This document shows, piece by piece, positions 23,931 through 38,884 of a DNA stretch of 64,000 nucleotides. Position numbers and translations under genes: made by a program. Origin of the DNA: Azolla caroliniana (lineage: Eukaryota; Plantae; Polypodiophyta); contig JBHGNT010000018.1 in the NCBI GenBank assembly GCA_043228905.1, forward strand, positions 7,378,001-7,442,000, given 5' to 3'. Numbering within the stretch: the first letter of the stretch is position 1; every line of letters begins with the position of its first letter. The notes beneath the pieces are model-generated. The model did not search any database. It saw nothing but the letters and a program-made list of their open reading frames with translations, and was not told where the DNA came from.

Positions 23931-24999
23931 GCTAGTGAGAGAAAATAGATTATCCGGAGTGGTGCTCGGATCCTTCCTGGATGGCTTCTGGGCACATACC
24001 CAATCCGGATTGAGCCCCAAATTCTGGACGGTGAGTGCATGGGCTTGATGACGTAAAAATTATGGACCTGTTGCCATATGGCAGCAACGAGCGCATAGGG
24101 TCACTCACTCGAACACGCAAAATCAACAGGAGTAGGGCAGAGACAAGAATATGGGGAAACACAAACACCAGGAGAGACTCAACGAACTATTTTATAAGAA
24201 AAAATAGGAAAGATTAGAACCAGACGCTACCGACAAAGAGCTTCGAGCTCGCTACAAACACACAGGCACGAAGACACTAGCGAGCCTCCGATTAGGTGCA
24301 CACAGGCTACCTAAGCGAAACAGAGGCCTCACAACACGACGATAGTGAAAACCGGAAATAGAGAATAGGAGGGAAGCCTACAAAGCTCAATCTGACAACA
24401 CTTCATTCCCCAATCGATGGATGGCCTCTCAGTCTTCTCTCCCCTCCTTTTATAGGTCGAGGAGGGTGAGACCGTTACATCAGCTATAAAGACAACCTCT
24501 TTTCATTCAAATTCTCTCCTCGATTCTCTCACATCATATCTCCAAGTCCTCTCTATTAAATCAGTCTACCTAGTATTCAATGCACATAAGTATTTACACA
24601 TGTTCGTGTGCATCCGTGCACACCCCCGTTCCCACGCCCTGCGACTCCTTTTCTCCTAGTAGCCAGAATCCTCTTGACAGCGTCTGAGAGCTCATGTTCT
24701 CATATATCTGAATTCGGTGACGGAGCCGGATCGGATATGGTTCTGCGAGCCCATGTGCTCACTACACGGATTCCGATAACTAGGCCGGATCGGTTACTAG
24801 AAACCTCAGCTCCCACTCATTCTTACACTACTCGGACCGATACCCCGGTGGTCCTGCCCGAGCCCGCAAGCCGCAGATATCCGCGAAATCTTTGGTAAAC
24901 CCGACATGAAAGGGCACCAAGGAAGTTTCAGTATGAGAGGGGGCGAGTTTGCAAAAGCAATGGCGGCCATCATGGACTGCCTTGTGAATGCTCAAGGAG

Positions 25000-27900
25000 T
25001 GTAAATGTGAATGTGTGGAAGCGTTCGGCAAACCAGCTCAACCGGATAGCAACAGAAGATGAGAAGAAAGGTTAACATAGACAGAGAGTACGCGTACACA
25101 GGAGAGACAGACAGACAGACAGAACATAAACAATATTCATAATACTCTAAAACTCTCTATACATACAATGTGCTCGACAACACTATTTACACAAGTCCTT
25201 AAAGGACTGACAGAAGTATAGTGTACTTCAATGCTCCTATGAGTGACTGACACTGACCACGAGACAACTACTACCTAGTAGTTTAGGCTACTACTAGGCT
25301 TCCGGTTCGCACTCGAATCTGGCTCTCCGATCTATTTGGCCGATCCGGCCGGTTGTTTCCGTATACCGATCCAGCCCTTGGCTCCGGATGCCGATCCAGA
25401 TCCAGTTGAGATTGCCCGTTCAACATTCCCCCTCAAGCTCAACTTGAGGTGGGATCATGCTCAAGCTCAACTTGAGGTGGGATCATGGTGTCAGTGTCAG
25501 TGGTAGACGATCCTTCCACCTGACTCCTTCTAGCGTCGTTCCACCTTGTTCACGCTCCTCATCCGGTCTGGTCTCGTTTGCAGTGACCCTTCTGGTTCTG
25601 AGCACCTCAACCTCCTCAGTCGGTTTGTATGCTCAACATGCCCATTTCAGCTCCCTCGCTGTTATGACTCCGACGCTTGTCGACACGTCAGCTCCTACGT
25701 GTTGGCCTCGACTTCCGTTGTGTTCGTGTCCGCTTGGCCTTTAGTTGATCTGGCTCCACTGAATCTTGAACCGAATTTTCTTCCTCCGATTCGTTCCGGC
25801 TCTTAACCGAGTTGGTAGTCTCCAACTCATCCTCCATTTTTAGGCCCTTCACCACATCGGACCATGTCCGGGTCTTAGCCTTCTTCCGGTCGGCTCTATC
25901 CTTCTTGACTTTGCTTGCACTACCGCTTGCTTCGACTTGTTCAGATGTGCCAAGTCCTTCAGTTGGCTTGGCTTCCTCTATCTGCTCATCTCCCCCCTTG
26001 GTTCTTCCTTCCTCTCCAGCTCCTTGTCCGTTGCCATCCGTTCCCGTTCTTGTTCTCCCCCTCAAGTGCGGCACATCGAGATGCTGAATGCCGAGCATCT
26101 CCGGAAAATGTTGCACCTTGTCTAATCTGAGTGGTTTGGTGGAGATATCGGCAATCTGTTGATCTAGTAGAACATATCGAACGTCAAATTCACTGCTCAA
26201 GACCTACTCACGCAAAAGTGATAATGCACTTCTATATGCTTTGTCTAAGCATGGAATACAGGGTTCTTGGAGAGCTGAATGCTTTTCATGTTGTCACAAT
26301 GGATCAGGATCGGGGTCCGGACCTCGATCAGGAGGTCACGCAACACTCACCGAAGCCAAATGGCTTCACATGTGGCAATGGTAGCGCCTCAGTGTTCACC
26401 CTTAGTGCTCAATAGAGCAACTGTTGGCTGCTTTTTATTGCTCCACGCAACAATCGCACTACCGAGAGAAAACATGAAACTGGAGGTGGATCGACGTTTG
26501 ATGCATCACCAGCCCAGTCGACATCTGTGTATCCAACTAGCTCTTTAGTTATACCGTGTCGGTATAACAATCCTCGGTCCTTCGTGCCACTCACGTAACG
26601 TAATGGTTGATGTGCGCACTAGACGTGCTCCACGGTTGGCTTCTACATAAACTGGCTGATCACCCCGACTAGATAACTAATGTGGGGCTGGATGATCGTC
26701 AAGTATATAAGGCTTCCGACAATTTGTCGAAACCATTTCTCATCATAGGTCGGGCCGGAGTCGGGACGAAGATTTAGGTTCCGGTCTAGGGGTGTAGAGA
26801 TCGCTCGACATTCCGTCATGCCGAACTTGTACAACCTATTCAACACATAATGGCGTTGTGAGAGCAATATGCCATCGGGGGTAAGGATCACCTCGATCCC
26901 AACAAAGTAATGAAGGTCCCCCAGGTCCTTCATTTCAAATGTATCCGACAACTAGGACTTTACTCGGCCGATTTTATCAAGTTCGGGTCCGGTGATGACG
27001 AAATCAACCTTATCAAGCAAAATGCAAACCGTACCGTTCCGGATGAACAATGAAGAGTTGGACATAGAGGCCACAAACCCCATCTTACACAACTGGTACG
27101 TGATATTCGCATTCCAAGCTCGGGGGGCTTGTTTCAAACCATAAAGTGACTTCTTGAGTCGGCACACTACTGACTTGTTCATTTCCGATTGGAAACTGGA
27201 GGGTTGGGTCATATAGACCCGTTCTTCAAGATCACCAAGTTGAAGAAATGCATTCTTCATGTCCATTTGATGAAGATGCCATCCCCTTGCCGCAACAACA
27301 GCCAGTACCACACGAACCGTTGTCATCTTCACTATCAGAGAGAAGCTCTCGTCGTAGTTGATTCTGTGGATCTGTGCATATCCCTTCGCCACTAACCGAG
27401 CTTTGTACCAGTTGACCGAACCATCGGTGTTGTACTTTATGTTATACACCCACTTGCAACCAATCGGTTTACACTGTCGGGGAGGGTTAACCAGGTCCCA
27501 TGTGTTGTTGGCATCAAATGCCCCCATTTCTTCCTCCATAGCAGCATGCCAAATTACGTCTGTTGTTGCTTCTGCATAGCTGTCCAGCTCACACACTTCC
27601 GCCACTTTAATCATGTATGCATAGTGATGCGCCATGTACTCATTGTTTCCGTACCTCATGAAGGTTTTCTTCTGACGGGTTGACCGACGTAACTTTTCGT
27701 TACCCGGTTTGAGGCTCGTCTTGGCGTGTTCAGACTTCATTTCAAAAGGTCCACCTTCTTCCTTTCCGGAGTTGGATTCGCTCTGATCCAACTCATTGGT
27801 GTCGGTTTCGTATTCCGACCTCTTCTTCTTCCCCTTCTCCTTGCATGTAACCGTCTCCTCGGTTCCTTGGGCAGGGAGAGCACAACCTAGTGTCCACTAC

Positions 27901-30900
27901 TCACCGGTTCCTCATCGAACTGGTCATTCAGACCCAGTCACTCATTCGGCCATTTAGCCAGAATGAGATCAGAATCTCATCTGGAATACCAAATCCTTCA
28001 TCTTCTTCTTGAACCTCTCCGGGTTCACTAGCCTCATCTTCCGAAATTGGATCGGAGTCGGAGGTTGTAGTCAGTAGAGAGTACCATGATGCCGACTCAT
28101 CAAACTCCACATCTCGTCTTACTCAGACCTACTTAGTCCGGGGGTTATAACAGTTATACCCCTTCTGCTCATGCGAGTAAATGACTAGGATGCACTTCTA
28201 CGACTTCGGATCTAGCTTCTTCTGCTTCTCATCCGGTACATGCACATATGTTATGCTACCGAATATACGAAGGTGGCTCAAATTCGGCTTGCACCCAAAA
28301 TACAGCTCATGTGCAGACACCTTGTCTCCAATCTGGTTTTGGATGTAGCCAACCATCTAGATCGCCTCAGCCCATTAGAATTTGGCCATGCTCTTCTCCG
28401 TTAGCATTGCCCTTGCCGCGTCGACAATTGACCAGTTCTTTCTCTCGGCCACACCGTTTTGTTCTAGTGTGTATCGGCAGCTTAATAATCTCTGAATTCC
28501 GTTCTGCTACAGATAACAGTTGAATTGGCCAAAAAAGTATTATTTTCCATCATCTAACTGCAGACACTTGATCTTCCTCTCTGTTTCCCTCTTGACTAAG
28601 CTTTGAAGGTTCTGGAAACAGTCTAAGACTTCGCTTTTCTTCTCGATTAGGTAGATCCACGTGTGTCGGTTGTAGTCGTCGATGAAGGAGATGAAATACC
28701 GACTCCTGCCAAGACTAACGCTTTGTACCAGTTCCCATACATCTGAATGCATTAGGTCAAGCTTGTTACGGCTCCGGTTTCATTCGGTGGGGAATGGAAG
28801 CCGGTGTTGCTTACCGAGCTGGCAAGATTCACAAATTTGGGCCTTCCGACAATTGAATTTCGGCAAATCGAACACAACCTGTTTCTATTGCAGGTCTTGA
28901 AGCCTCCAGTAATTGATGTGGGTGATCCGCTTATGCCAGAGATCGATGTCGGATTCAATCTTTTGTCCTTTGCCAAACATAGCGGTGCCAATGTCATTAA
29001 TATTGAGGATGAACATCCTCCCTTCTCAGCATCCTTGCGCAATTATCCGGCCTTCTTCCTCGATGAAGCACATGAGCTGCATAAACCGCACCTACATCCC
29101 TTGGTTGACGATTTTTCCAACTGACACTAGGTTCTTCCCCTTCTCCTTGTGCATGTATCGTCTCCTCGGTTCCTTGTGCTAGGAGAGCACAGTCGAGTCT
29201 CCACTACTCACCGGTTCCTCATCGGACTGTTCATTCAGACCCAGTCGCTCATTCGGCCCACTTAGCCGGAATGAGATTGGACTCTCATCTGGAGTACGAA
29301 ATCCTTCATCTTCTTCTTGAACTTCTACGAGTTCACTAGCCTCATCTTCCGGAATCGGGTCGGATTCCAAGGCTGGAGTCAGTAGAGAGTACCCATATTG
29401 CCGACTCATCAAACTCCACATCTCAACTTACTCGAACCTACTTAGTCCTGGGGTTATAACACTTATACCCCTTCTGCTCATGTGAGGAACCGACTAGGAT
29501 GCACTTCTCCGACTTCGGATCTACCTTTGCTCGCTTCTCATATGGTACATGCACATATGCTACGCTACTGAATATCCGAATGTGCCTTAAATTCGGCTTC
29601 CGCCCGAAATACAGCTCGTGTGCTGACACCTTCACCCCGATCCGGTTTTGGATGTAGACAATTGTCCTGACCGCCTCAGCCCAGTAAAATTTGGGTATGC
29701 TTTTCTCCTCAAGCATTGCTCTTGCCACGTCAACAATCAACCGGTTCTTCCTCTGAGCCAAACCATTTTGTTATAGTGTGTACCTGCAGCTAAATGGTCT
29801 CTGAATTCCTTTCTTCTATAGATGATTGTTGAATTGGCCGGAAAATTATTATTTTCCGCCATCCGACCGCAGGTATTTGATCTTCCTATCTATTTCCCGT
29901 TCGACTAAACTTTGCAAGTTTCGGAAACAATCGAAAACTTCCCTTTTCTTCTGAATGAGGTAAATCCACGTATGTCGACTATAGTCGTCGATGAAGGAGA
30001 CAAAATATCGGCTCCAGCCAAGACAAACATTCTATGTTGGTCCCCATACATCTGAATATATTAGATCGAGCTTGTTACAACTCTTGTTTCTTTCGGTGGG
30101 GAAGGGAAGTTCGTGTTGCTTCCCGAGTTGGGACGCTTCACAAATTTGGACCTTCTAACCACTAAATTTCGGCAATCTGAAAACAACTTGTTTCGATTGC
30201 AGGTCTTGGAGCCTCCGGTAATTAACATGGCCAATCCACTTGTGCCATAGGTCTATGTCTGATTCGATCTTCTGTCCTTTTGTGAACATAGCGGTGCCAG
30301 CGTCATTGGTGTTGAGGATGAACATCCTCCCGTCCTTGCGTCCTTGCATGATTATCCAACCTTCTTCCTCTATGAGGCACCTGAAGTGCGTGAATGCACC
30401 TATAACCCCTGGTCAACGATCTGCCCGAGGAACACCAGGTTCTTTGTGATTGTCGGAACATGTACTACGTTCATTAGCTTTCCCTTTTGTCTGACATGGC
30501 TTAACGGGACTTCTCTGACATGCACAATTGGGTGAGGGGTGTTGTCTCCTGTTTCGACAATCCCCGGTTGTTCCGGTTTCTCAAAAAACAAGAACCACTC
30601 TTCATGGCTCGTTATGCTCCGGAATCAACGTACCACACTTCCTCCGGTCCGGAAGTGGTCTTCTTCATCAAGTTGGCCTTGTGATTCATCACAAAGGCTG
30701 GCCCCTTTCATGTTTTCCCGGTTCCAGATCCTTTCGATCCTTTAGTGTAGTGCGAGTTGTGTTGGTTCCCTTGTCTGGCCTTGCCGGATCCTTATTTATC
30801 GGAATTGGCGCGATTCTTCCAGCACTCACTTTCTCGGTGGCCTTTCTTGCCACAATACTAGCATTCCGTTGCGTCCTTCGATTGCTGGTTTCCGGCTCCG

Positions 30901-32160
30901 ACTTCACTCCCCCTACTTGTGGAGGGTCCAGAACTGTTGTCGGCACCGTCTCCATGCCTTCGGTTCTATTGTTGCCGACTGCCTCCATTGCGTGCCAACC
31001 CACCTCGTCCTCCATGCCCACGGGGTCAATCCGTCTCCGTGTTTAGCATCCGATTGTCCGATTGAGTGGTCCTCAACCCATCGACATGGATTGTAATTCT
31101 AAGAAGGACGGTGGCTTCTCCTATGTGCAGAACGTCGTCCGAATTGGCCCATACCATTGTGCTAGACCATTGAGGCAGATTTGAACCATCTCATCTTTGT
31201 CCACCGTCACGTTGATGGACCCGAGTGTGTCGCAAATCTTCTTTATCTTGGTGGTGTAGTCGGTCATAGACATATCCCTCTATTGGATATTGTTGAGCTC
31301 TTGTCAGAGCTCTAACTTCCGTGTCGTGGTACTAGCGACGAAAATCTTCCGGAGATTTTGCCAGACGTCCTTTAGCGTTTTTGCATCTTTGATGTAGTTG
31401 AGCATCTGATCGTGCACACCAGACGTGAGGCAGTACAATACTCGGGTTGCTCCTTACTCCTATTCTGGGAAGTCCTCATGTGCCGGCTCTGGTGCTACCT
31501 CGTTGGTTCCTTCCACATAGCTCCAATATCCATGCCCCAGTAGGTACTGGTGCATTTTATATGACCACAATGCATAGTTGCTCCGATCGAGCTTTTCTGT
31601 GAGAAGCGAACTTGCCATACCTCTATCCATTTCGGTTCTCTATCTGTTGTTGCCGGGTATTAGGGTTTGTCTTCGAAGCGTCTGTCAGCTGCAGAGGTTG
31701 TAAACCCTCACGCTCTAATACCATGTAAATGTGAACGTGCGGAAGCGTTCGGCAAACCGGCTGGATAACAACATAATATGAAAAGAAAGGTTGACACACA
31801 CAGAGAGTACGCATACACAGGGGAGATAGAGAGAGAGACAAATAGACAAATAGACAGAACATAAACAATATTCAAAATACTCTCAAACTCTCTATACATA
31901 CAATGTGCTCGACATCACTATTTATACAAGTCCTTAAAGGACTGACAGAAGTACAGTGTACTTCAATGCTCCTACGAGCGATTGACACTAACTACGAGAC
32001 AACTACTACCTAGTACTCTAGGCTACTACTAGGCTTCAAGTTCACACTCGAATCCGGCTCTCCGATCCGTCTTCCTGATTTGGCCGGTTGTTTCCGGATA
32101 CCGATCCGGCTCTTGGCTCCAGATGCCAATCCGGACCCGGTTGATCTTGTCCGCTCAACA
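25000..32160 (-). mobile_element. Ty1/Copia element 2, both LTRs, degenerate, internal 1.3-kb duplication
   Basis: LTRs 25000-25425 and 31724-32160, TSD AGGAG, PBS GCTCTAATACCA 31712-31723, PPT; gag/PR/IN/RT/RH fragments. Confidence 0.95.
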
Positions 32161-34332
32161 AGGAGCTCAGCAGGCCTCGAGAGGGCTATAGAGACAATAG
32201 TCGACAAAATAGGTTGGTTTAATGGAAGGGAGATCATGATCTATCTAGAGGCCTATAAGTCCAAGGTGCTCATGCAGGACATCCCACAGGAAACCCGACT
32301 GACAAGATTTGCTCGAGTTGTGACACCGAGCATCCATTCCGAGCTGCTCTAAGTACAAGACGATTGTCGCAACTGGCCGGAGTTCGAGGAATGACTTATT
32401 GAAAGATATGGGTAACTTGGATGATTCACTCCGGTTGTCGAAGGAGTTGATGGAATGGGTCAACCTTCTCGAAAAGGGAAGAAACATCACGACAGTTCTC
32501 TAGAAGTTTGAGAAGCCGTTCACCTAGCTCTCAATGTTGGACAGGATCGTGCTTGGCACAAGCAAAGTCGTGCTATTCATAAAGGCGATTGATGTAAGGG
32601 ATCGAGAGAAGGTAGGTCTGCTCTTGGAGACAAATGAAGTGCTCATGACCAATTGGGTCATGGTAAAAAGGGTTTGCATCCATTTCGACAAATGGTGAGA
32701 ATGGAATGATGAGGGGTCGTTGACGGGGCCGACTGGCAGTGGAGGAAGAGTCGTAGAAGTGCCAACTAGATCGGAAGAGGCCAGAAGACGAGCTGATTCG
32801 AACCTACTTGTACTGGCTACCCTTGTTAGTGGACCATCCATAGGAGTGGTGTTGGAAGAGCTCACCATGATGGTGAGAGACAGGGTTCATACATAGAGGG
32901 ACAACGGCTCTCATGACCGGCGACCACCATATGTCCAGTCATGCATGTGGTGCAACAATAGCGACCACATACGGAAGGACTGCACAGATTTCGCGGAGGC
33001 ATTGATGAACAACAGAACAACGTGGTGTACATCTGGAACGGCCGGGTACACATGAGTGAAACACGAAGGCCCTTAGAGATGAACACCGGCCGGGGTGGTA
33101 TGAAGAGGGTAATGAAGGAAGCAACAACACGGCATGCCGAAGCCATCCACTACTCGGCATTGGCCGGTATCCGGGTTGGAGGTAAGAGCCCCAGGACAAG
33201 GAAACACCGGATTTTGTTTGGTGGTTTTAGAGGGCTTCTCTGGGAAGAATCTAAGTAAGGAAGAGGAGGACCATGCAGAGAGATGGGTCCAAGAGGTAAA
33301 AACAATGAAGTTATGTGTCAGAACAATGACCCGGTGGAGGAGAAGACGAGATTTGTGGAAGTTGCGTGCTAGAACTACGAAGTTCTGGTCAAAGACAAGC
33401 GGGTCGGGATGGCCGAAGGGGTAGGCCCTTCGGGTAGGTACGAAACCCGGAGTGGACCGAAAAAGGGTGATGATGGTCTAACCGACCCACAAGAGAAGGC
33501 AAAGGGAAAGTTTTCGAGCTTCCGGCGGATCTCAAGAATAGAGAGGTCGACAGACCTATGGAAAGTCTTACAGGAGCGAATCCTCGATAGTTGGGTGGAA
33601 TTCACATTGCAAGAAGTATTGGGCATTGCCAAGAAAGAATTCTACAATGCAATTATCGAACAGGTTAAGAGGAAGCGGCTCTTGACATAGCCGGAAAATG
33701 AGAGACCAATCGAGGTAAAACTGACACACATCGATGAAGTGGTGGGGGAAGAAGAGTATGCCGACAATCACTACATGTGGCCGCATAGGGCGGGGGCTAC
33801 AACGGAGAGTCCGGTTCGGATCGAAGAAGTGATGGAGCTGGTCGTCGCGTTGATTGACCAAGGATTAGAGATAAAACTAATGTCATTAGATTTCTACAAG
33901 AAAGGGAAGTAGCCGATCAACACGAAGCACAGACGAAAGATTCCAGCGGTGACCTGTGCCACAAAAGAACTACACGACACTTGCCCAAATGTGTGATTAA
34001 AGGTCAGTGACGTCAAATTCAAGTAGCACTTCTTTGTGCAAGAGTCTTCCTCACATCCAATGATCTTGGGCGAGCCCTACATTACAGCGGCCTAGATGGA
34101 GACAAAGGTCCTAGATAACGGTTTGGCATATGCAAGGGTGAAGAGCCAGGAGGGTCAACACTCCATCTAGTTCCTGATGGTTTGGTCTAACCATAAGCGT
34201 AACCAGGAGTCTCTCGGCGGCGAAGGTAGAGAGGATATTTGAAGAGGGCTATTAAGGCGTGGGGCCACAGTAGTTCGGACAGCTAACTAAAACCCCACCC
34301 ATGTACTATTGGTAGCAAATTTTGGCTCTTCG

Positions 34333-37300
34333 TGTTAGGAATATGTCCCTCCATTGGGAGGAGCCAACTGTTGAGGAGTCGACTTAGAGAGAGTAGATCG
34401 AGGTCGAAGACACGGCCGGATGGTTGATGACGAGGTCGACTAGTCGGACCGACCCGACAGTCGACGGATGAGTCGGTTGATTAGTAAGACCATTGTTGGA
34501 AAATACTTAGCATAAAATACGCGTACAATGCGTATTCTAAGTATTCTACAATTATTCTAACTTTTTTGTTTAAAATACGTAGAATATGTATTTTATAGAT
34601 AAAGTACATTAAATACGGTAAATACTTAGAATACGTGTAGAATACATAGAATACATTTAGAATACTTAGAATTAGTGTAGACTACTTAGAATACGTGTAG
34701 AATACTTAGAATACGTGTAGACTACTTGTAAAATACGTTAAATACTTCTTACAATTAAAAGTTGTTTTTTTCAAAAAAATGAAAATATTTTTTGAAATGA
34801 CAAATAGTTATTAAATACGTAGAATATGTGGAATACTTCAGAGGATTCTAAAATGTACTCTAAACGTAGAATACGCGTTTTTTAACAACTTTGAGTAAGA
34901 CTATTATTAATAAAAGATAATAATATGAATGACATTAGCAATGGCTATATTTTTAAATAGCCCAGACAAGGCATAAGTATAAATACACTTAGGGAAAACA
35001 ATTTTATTAAAGATAGATGTAGAATGGGTGAACGTGTGAGCCTTTGTAGCGTAGCGCCACAAAGAAGAGAGTGTGTGAGAGCAGGAGTGACTGAGAGGTG
35101 CCCTAGTTGTGTTTAGTAACGGTATATGCCAAGAGCCCTAAGAGGCTGTTTACACTCTGTGTATAGAGTGTTGTACTCTGAACTCGTTGTTGTATATCCA
35201 CTATATAGTGAAACTCCGTTCTCCGTGGTTTTCTCCCGCTTTAGGGTTTTCACGTTAAATTTGTGTACACCATTGTCTGTGTATGAAAGTCTTAGAGTGG
35301 GTATTAGAGTCGGAATGGAAAGCTCTTAACAGAAAGGCGGTGGCCACCATCCCACAGTGCATCGATGTAAGTGTCGTTCAGCATGTGGCAAACGACACAA
35401 ATGCCCACAAGATGTGGCAGACGTTGTCAGGTCTATATGAGAGGAAGAATGCCCTCAATAAAACCTCACTGATGAGAAAGATCGTACGGCTAAAATACAG
35501 AGACGATGAGAGCATCGTCAAACACATCAGCACATTCATGGGGTATGTGAATCAACTTGCTGCAACTAAGTTTCCCCTTGATGATGCGATGTAGGCCATC
35601 CTACTGATGTGCACACTGCCGGATAGCTGGGAGAACCTAGTGGCTACTCTCAGCACCTCCTCTCAAGAAGAGAACTTGTCTTTACAAGCGGTGAAGGCAA
35701 GCATCCTGACTGAGGAAGCAAGAAGGAAGGACAAGGGTGTCCTAGTACAGTTAGAGTCAAATTTGACTCAACACACCGGTAGAAGGAAGAAACTAGCAAA
35801 GGAGTCCAGCAAGAAGAGAAAAGTCTCAAGCCATATCGAAGTCCAGAGGTAATCTTGTATGCTTTTATTGTGGAAAGTCTGGACATTTCCAGAAGGATTG
35901 ACGACACCATATAAAGGAAAAGAGTGTTAGTAATAATGTCGAACCCATGAAGATTCCTGAAGAGAGGTACACTTCAACCATTTCTACGAGCAATGAAGAA
36001 CTTTTGTTCATTTGTGAACAAACAAATGCAAATCTCGCAAGCAAAGAATGCACTTGGGTGATTGACTCCGGTGCATCCTTCCACATAACTCCGTCGAGAG
36101 AGTTTTTATCGACTTACATAGCCGGTGATCATGGTTATGTAAAGATGGGTGACAATGGGGAGTGCAAGATAGCCGAAATCGAAAGAGCCTACCTGACAAT
36201 GTTGACAAGGTGTCGACTGACTTTGAAGGATGTTCGACACATCCCTGATATCGACTGCAAAGATGCACGACGAAGGCTATAGTAGTTTTCATAATGGCAA
36301 ATGGAAGTGTTGCCGAGGAAGTCTTATAGTGGTCCGAGCACGGAAGAAAGGCACATTATATATGATGCAAGCCCGACTATGCAAGTCGGAAGTGAATGTG
36401 GTAGCCGACTTGGCAAGACAGATATGGCATAAGAGGCTAGGCCACATGAGTGAGAAGGGACTGCATCTATTGGCCAACTAGAAGCTTCTACCAGAAGTAA
36501 AGGGAGTGCACCCAGAGAAGTGCGTCGACTTCTTAGTCGAAAAGCAGAACAAAGCAACATTCCACACACGGCCACCAAGAAGAAGAGATGTTGCACTGGA
36601 AGTGGTACACATAGATGTGTGTTATGTAGATGCTTTGTCACATCGAGGCGGAGAGTACTTTGTGACTTTCATCGACGATTACTGTTGGAAGTTGTGGGCT
36701 TTCGTACTAAAGTCAAAATATCAAGGAGTTCCAAGCAAGAGTTGAACGGGAGTCGGGTCAAAAGTTGAAGGTTGTCCAAACCGACAATGGTGCCAAATAT
36801 AAAGGGTAGTTCGAGGAATACTGTAAGGACCAAGGTATTCGAATCGAATACACAATACCAAAGACCCCTGAGTTGAATGGGCTTGCATAGAGGATGAACC
36901 GAACAATCATGGAGAGAGTAAGGAGCATGTTGTCGCATGCTAAATTGCCTTAGGTATGGTGTCAGAAAACCCATGTTCGAAGGGTTTACTGACTTGGACA
37001 TGTCGAGGGATGCAAACTCAAGTCAATCCATGTCTGGGTACGTAATGACCTATGCAGGGGGAGCAGTGCCGTGGCAATCACAACTGCAGAAATATGTGGC
37101 CTTGTCGACCACAGAGTATATGGCAGCGGTAGAGGCTGGCAAGGAGCTGATTTGCATGAGAAACTTTCTCAGCGAGTTGGGTATGAAGAGAAGGGATTTT
37201 TTGCTTCATTGTGACAGTGAGAGTGCCATACATCTAGCCAAGAATGTTGCATACCACTCCCAGACCAAGCACATAAAGAGAAGGTATCACTGGTTGCGGG

Positions 37301-38197
37301 AGAAAGTCAAAGAAGGAGAGTTTACCCTCGTGAAGATCCATATTGATGACAATAGATCCGACATGCTCACAAAGAACCTACTGATGGACCGTCTTCTAGT
37401 CTGTCAACAAAGGACAGGAATAACGAACTTCTCCCCACAAGAGTGAAGGGGGAGTTTGTCAGGAATATGTCCCTCCAGTGGGAGGAACCGACTATTCGGA
37501 GAGAGCCGACAATAGAAGCCAGGGAGTAGCCGACTGATTGGATGAGAACCGATTGTTGAGGAGTCGACTCAGAGAGAGTTGATCGAGGTTGAAGATACAA
37601 CCGGCAAGTCGGGCTGACCGGATGGTTGATGACCAAGCTGACTAGTCAGACCAACCCGACAGTCGACGGATGAGTCGGTTGATTAGCAAGACTATTATTA
37701 ATATTCGATAATAATAGGAATGATAATAGTAGTGGCTACATTTATAAATAGCCCATACAGGTCATAAGTATAAATACACTTAGGGCAAACAATTTGATTA
37801 GAGATAGAAGTAGAACGGGTGAATGTGTGAGCCTCTGTAGCGTAGTGCGATAGAGAAGAGAGTATGTGAGAGCAGGAGTGAGTGAGTGGCGCCATAGCTG
37901 TGTTTAGTAACAACATACGCCAAGAGCCCTGAGAGGTTGTTTACTCTCTATGTAGAGAGTGTTGTACTCTGATCTCTATGTTGTATATCCACTATATAGT
38001 GAAGCTCCATTCTCCGTGGAGCCCCGGTTATCTAGAGGTTCATACTTTTATTCCGTCAGGACTTGGTATCATTAGTTATATCGTTTCTCCCGCTTTAGGG
38101 TTTCCACGTTAAATTTGTGCACACCATTTTTTGTGTATCAGAGTTGTGTATTTCATCGTATTCCTTTTTTTGTGGATTGACGATTCATTTCTCTACA
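34333..38197 (+). mobile_element. Ty1/Copia element (Tnt1/Tork-like), RT deleted
   Basis: LTRs from 34333 and 37457-38197; TSD CTTCG/CTCCG; PPT GAAGGGGGAG; gag, WVIDSGASFH protease, integrase joined directly to RNase H (36937-37446). Confidence 0.88.
34491..34893. mobile_element. hAT-type MITE, copy 2
   Basis: CA..TG imperfect TIRs, 8-bp TSD AGTAAGAC; the sister LTR (about 37685) shows the empty site. Confidence 0.9.
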
Positions 38198-38315
38198 CTC
38201 CGGTAATGGAGGTTGTACAGTAATCGGCATCAACACCTAGGAAAAACAAGGAATCAAGGGATGCTTGAAGGAATGTGGAGCAATGGATCATGATGACTCG
38301 ATCAACAACATTATG

Positions 38316-38884
38316 TGTTACGAAACAAGCCCCTCTACATGGGAAGAGCACGAGCCAAAATAAAAGGAGTCGAGTCGAGGCCAAAAAATCGGCTGACCCA
38401 TAACTTATCGATAACTGATTTGGCTAATAGCCGAATCAACTGAATCCAACTAGGCTATAATTGTAAACACCCTCAATGTGCCCTTATTGGGCTATATTTG
38501 TAAATAGCTCATCTTGTGTATATCAGTATGAATATCTTTAGGGCAAGTAGTTAGATATGATGATTATCATTGTTGTAAAAAGGTTATAGTGAGTTGTTGC
38601 CTCTGTAACTAGAGTGGGAGAGTAAGAGAGTGTGTGAGTAACTCTATTGGCATTTGTGGACGAAGAAGATCTCAGGGTCATTGCCTTGAAGCTTCTCGTT
38701 ATATTCCCCCTATTATACTGATATAGTTCAAAGTTTGTGTACGCTTGTGGTTTTTCTCGTTTAGGGTTTTCCACATTAATATCTTGTCTCACGATCTGTG
38801 TCATTTTTTGTTTCGGTTTGGTTTGTTTTCTTGTCTTTGCATATGACTTGTTATCTGATTGTGGCCGGCCTCTCATTTACAACA
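38316..38884 (+). mobile_element. Solo LTR (Copia-like)
   Basis: TGTTA...TACAACA, similar layout to LTR 58116-58680; flanks TTATG/CCGTG match only if heavily deaminated. Confidence 0.7.
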
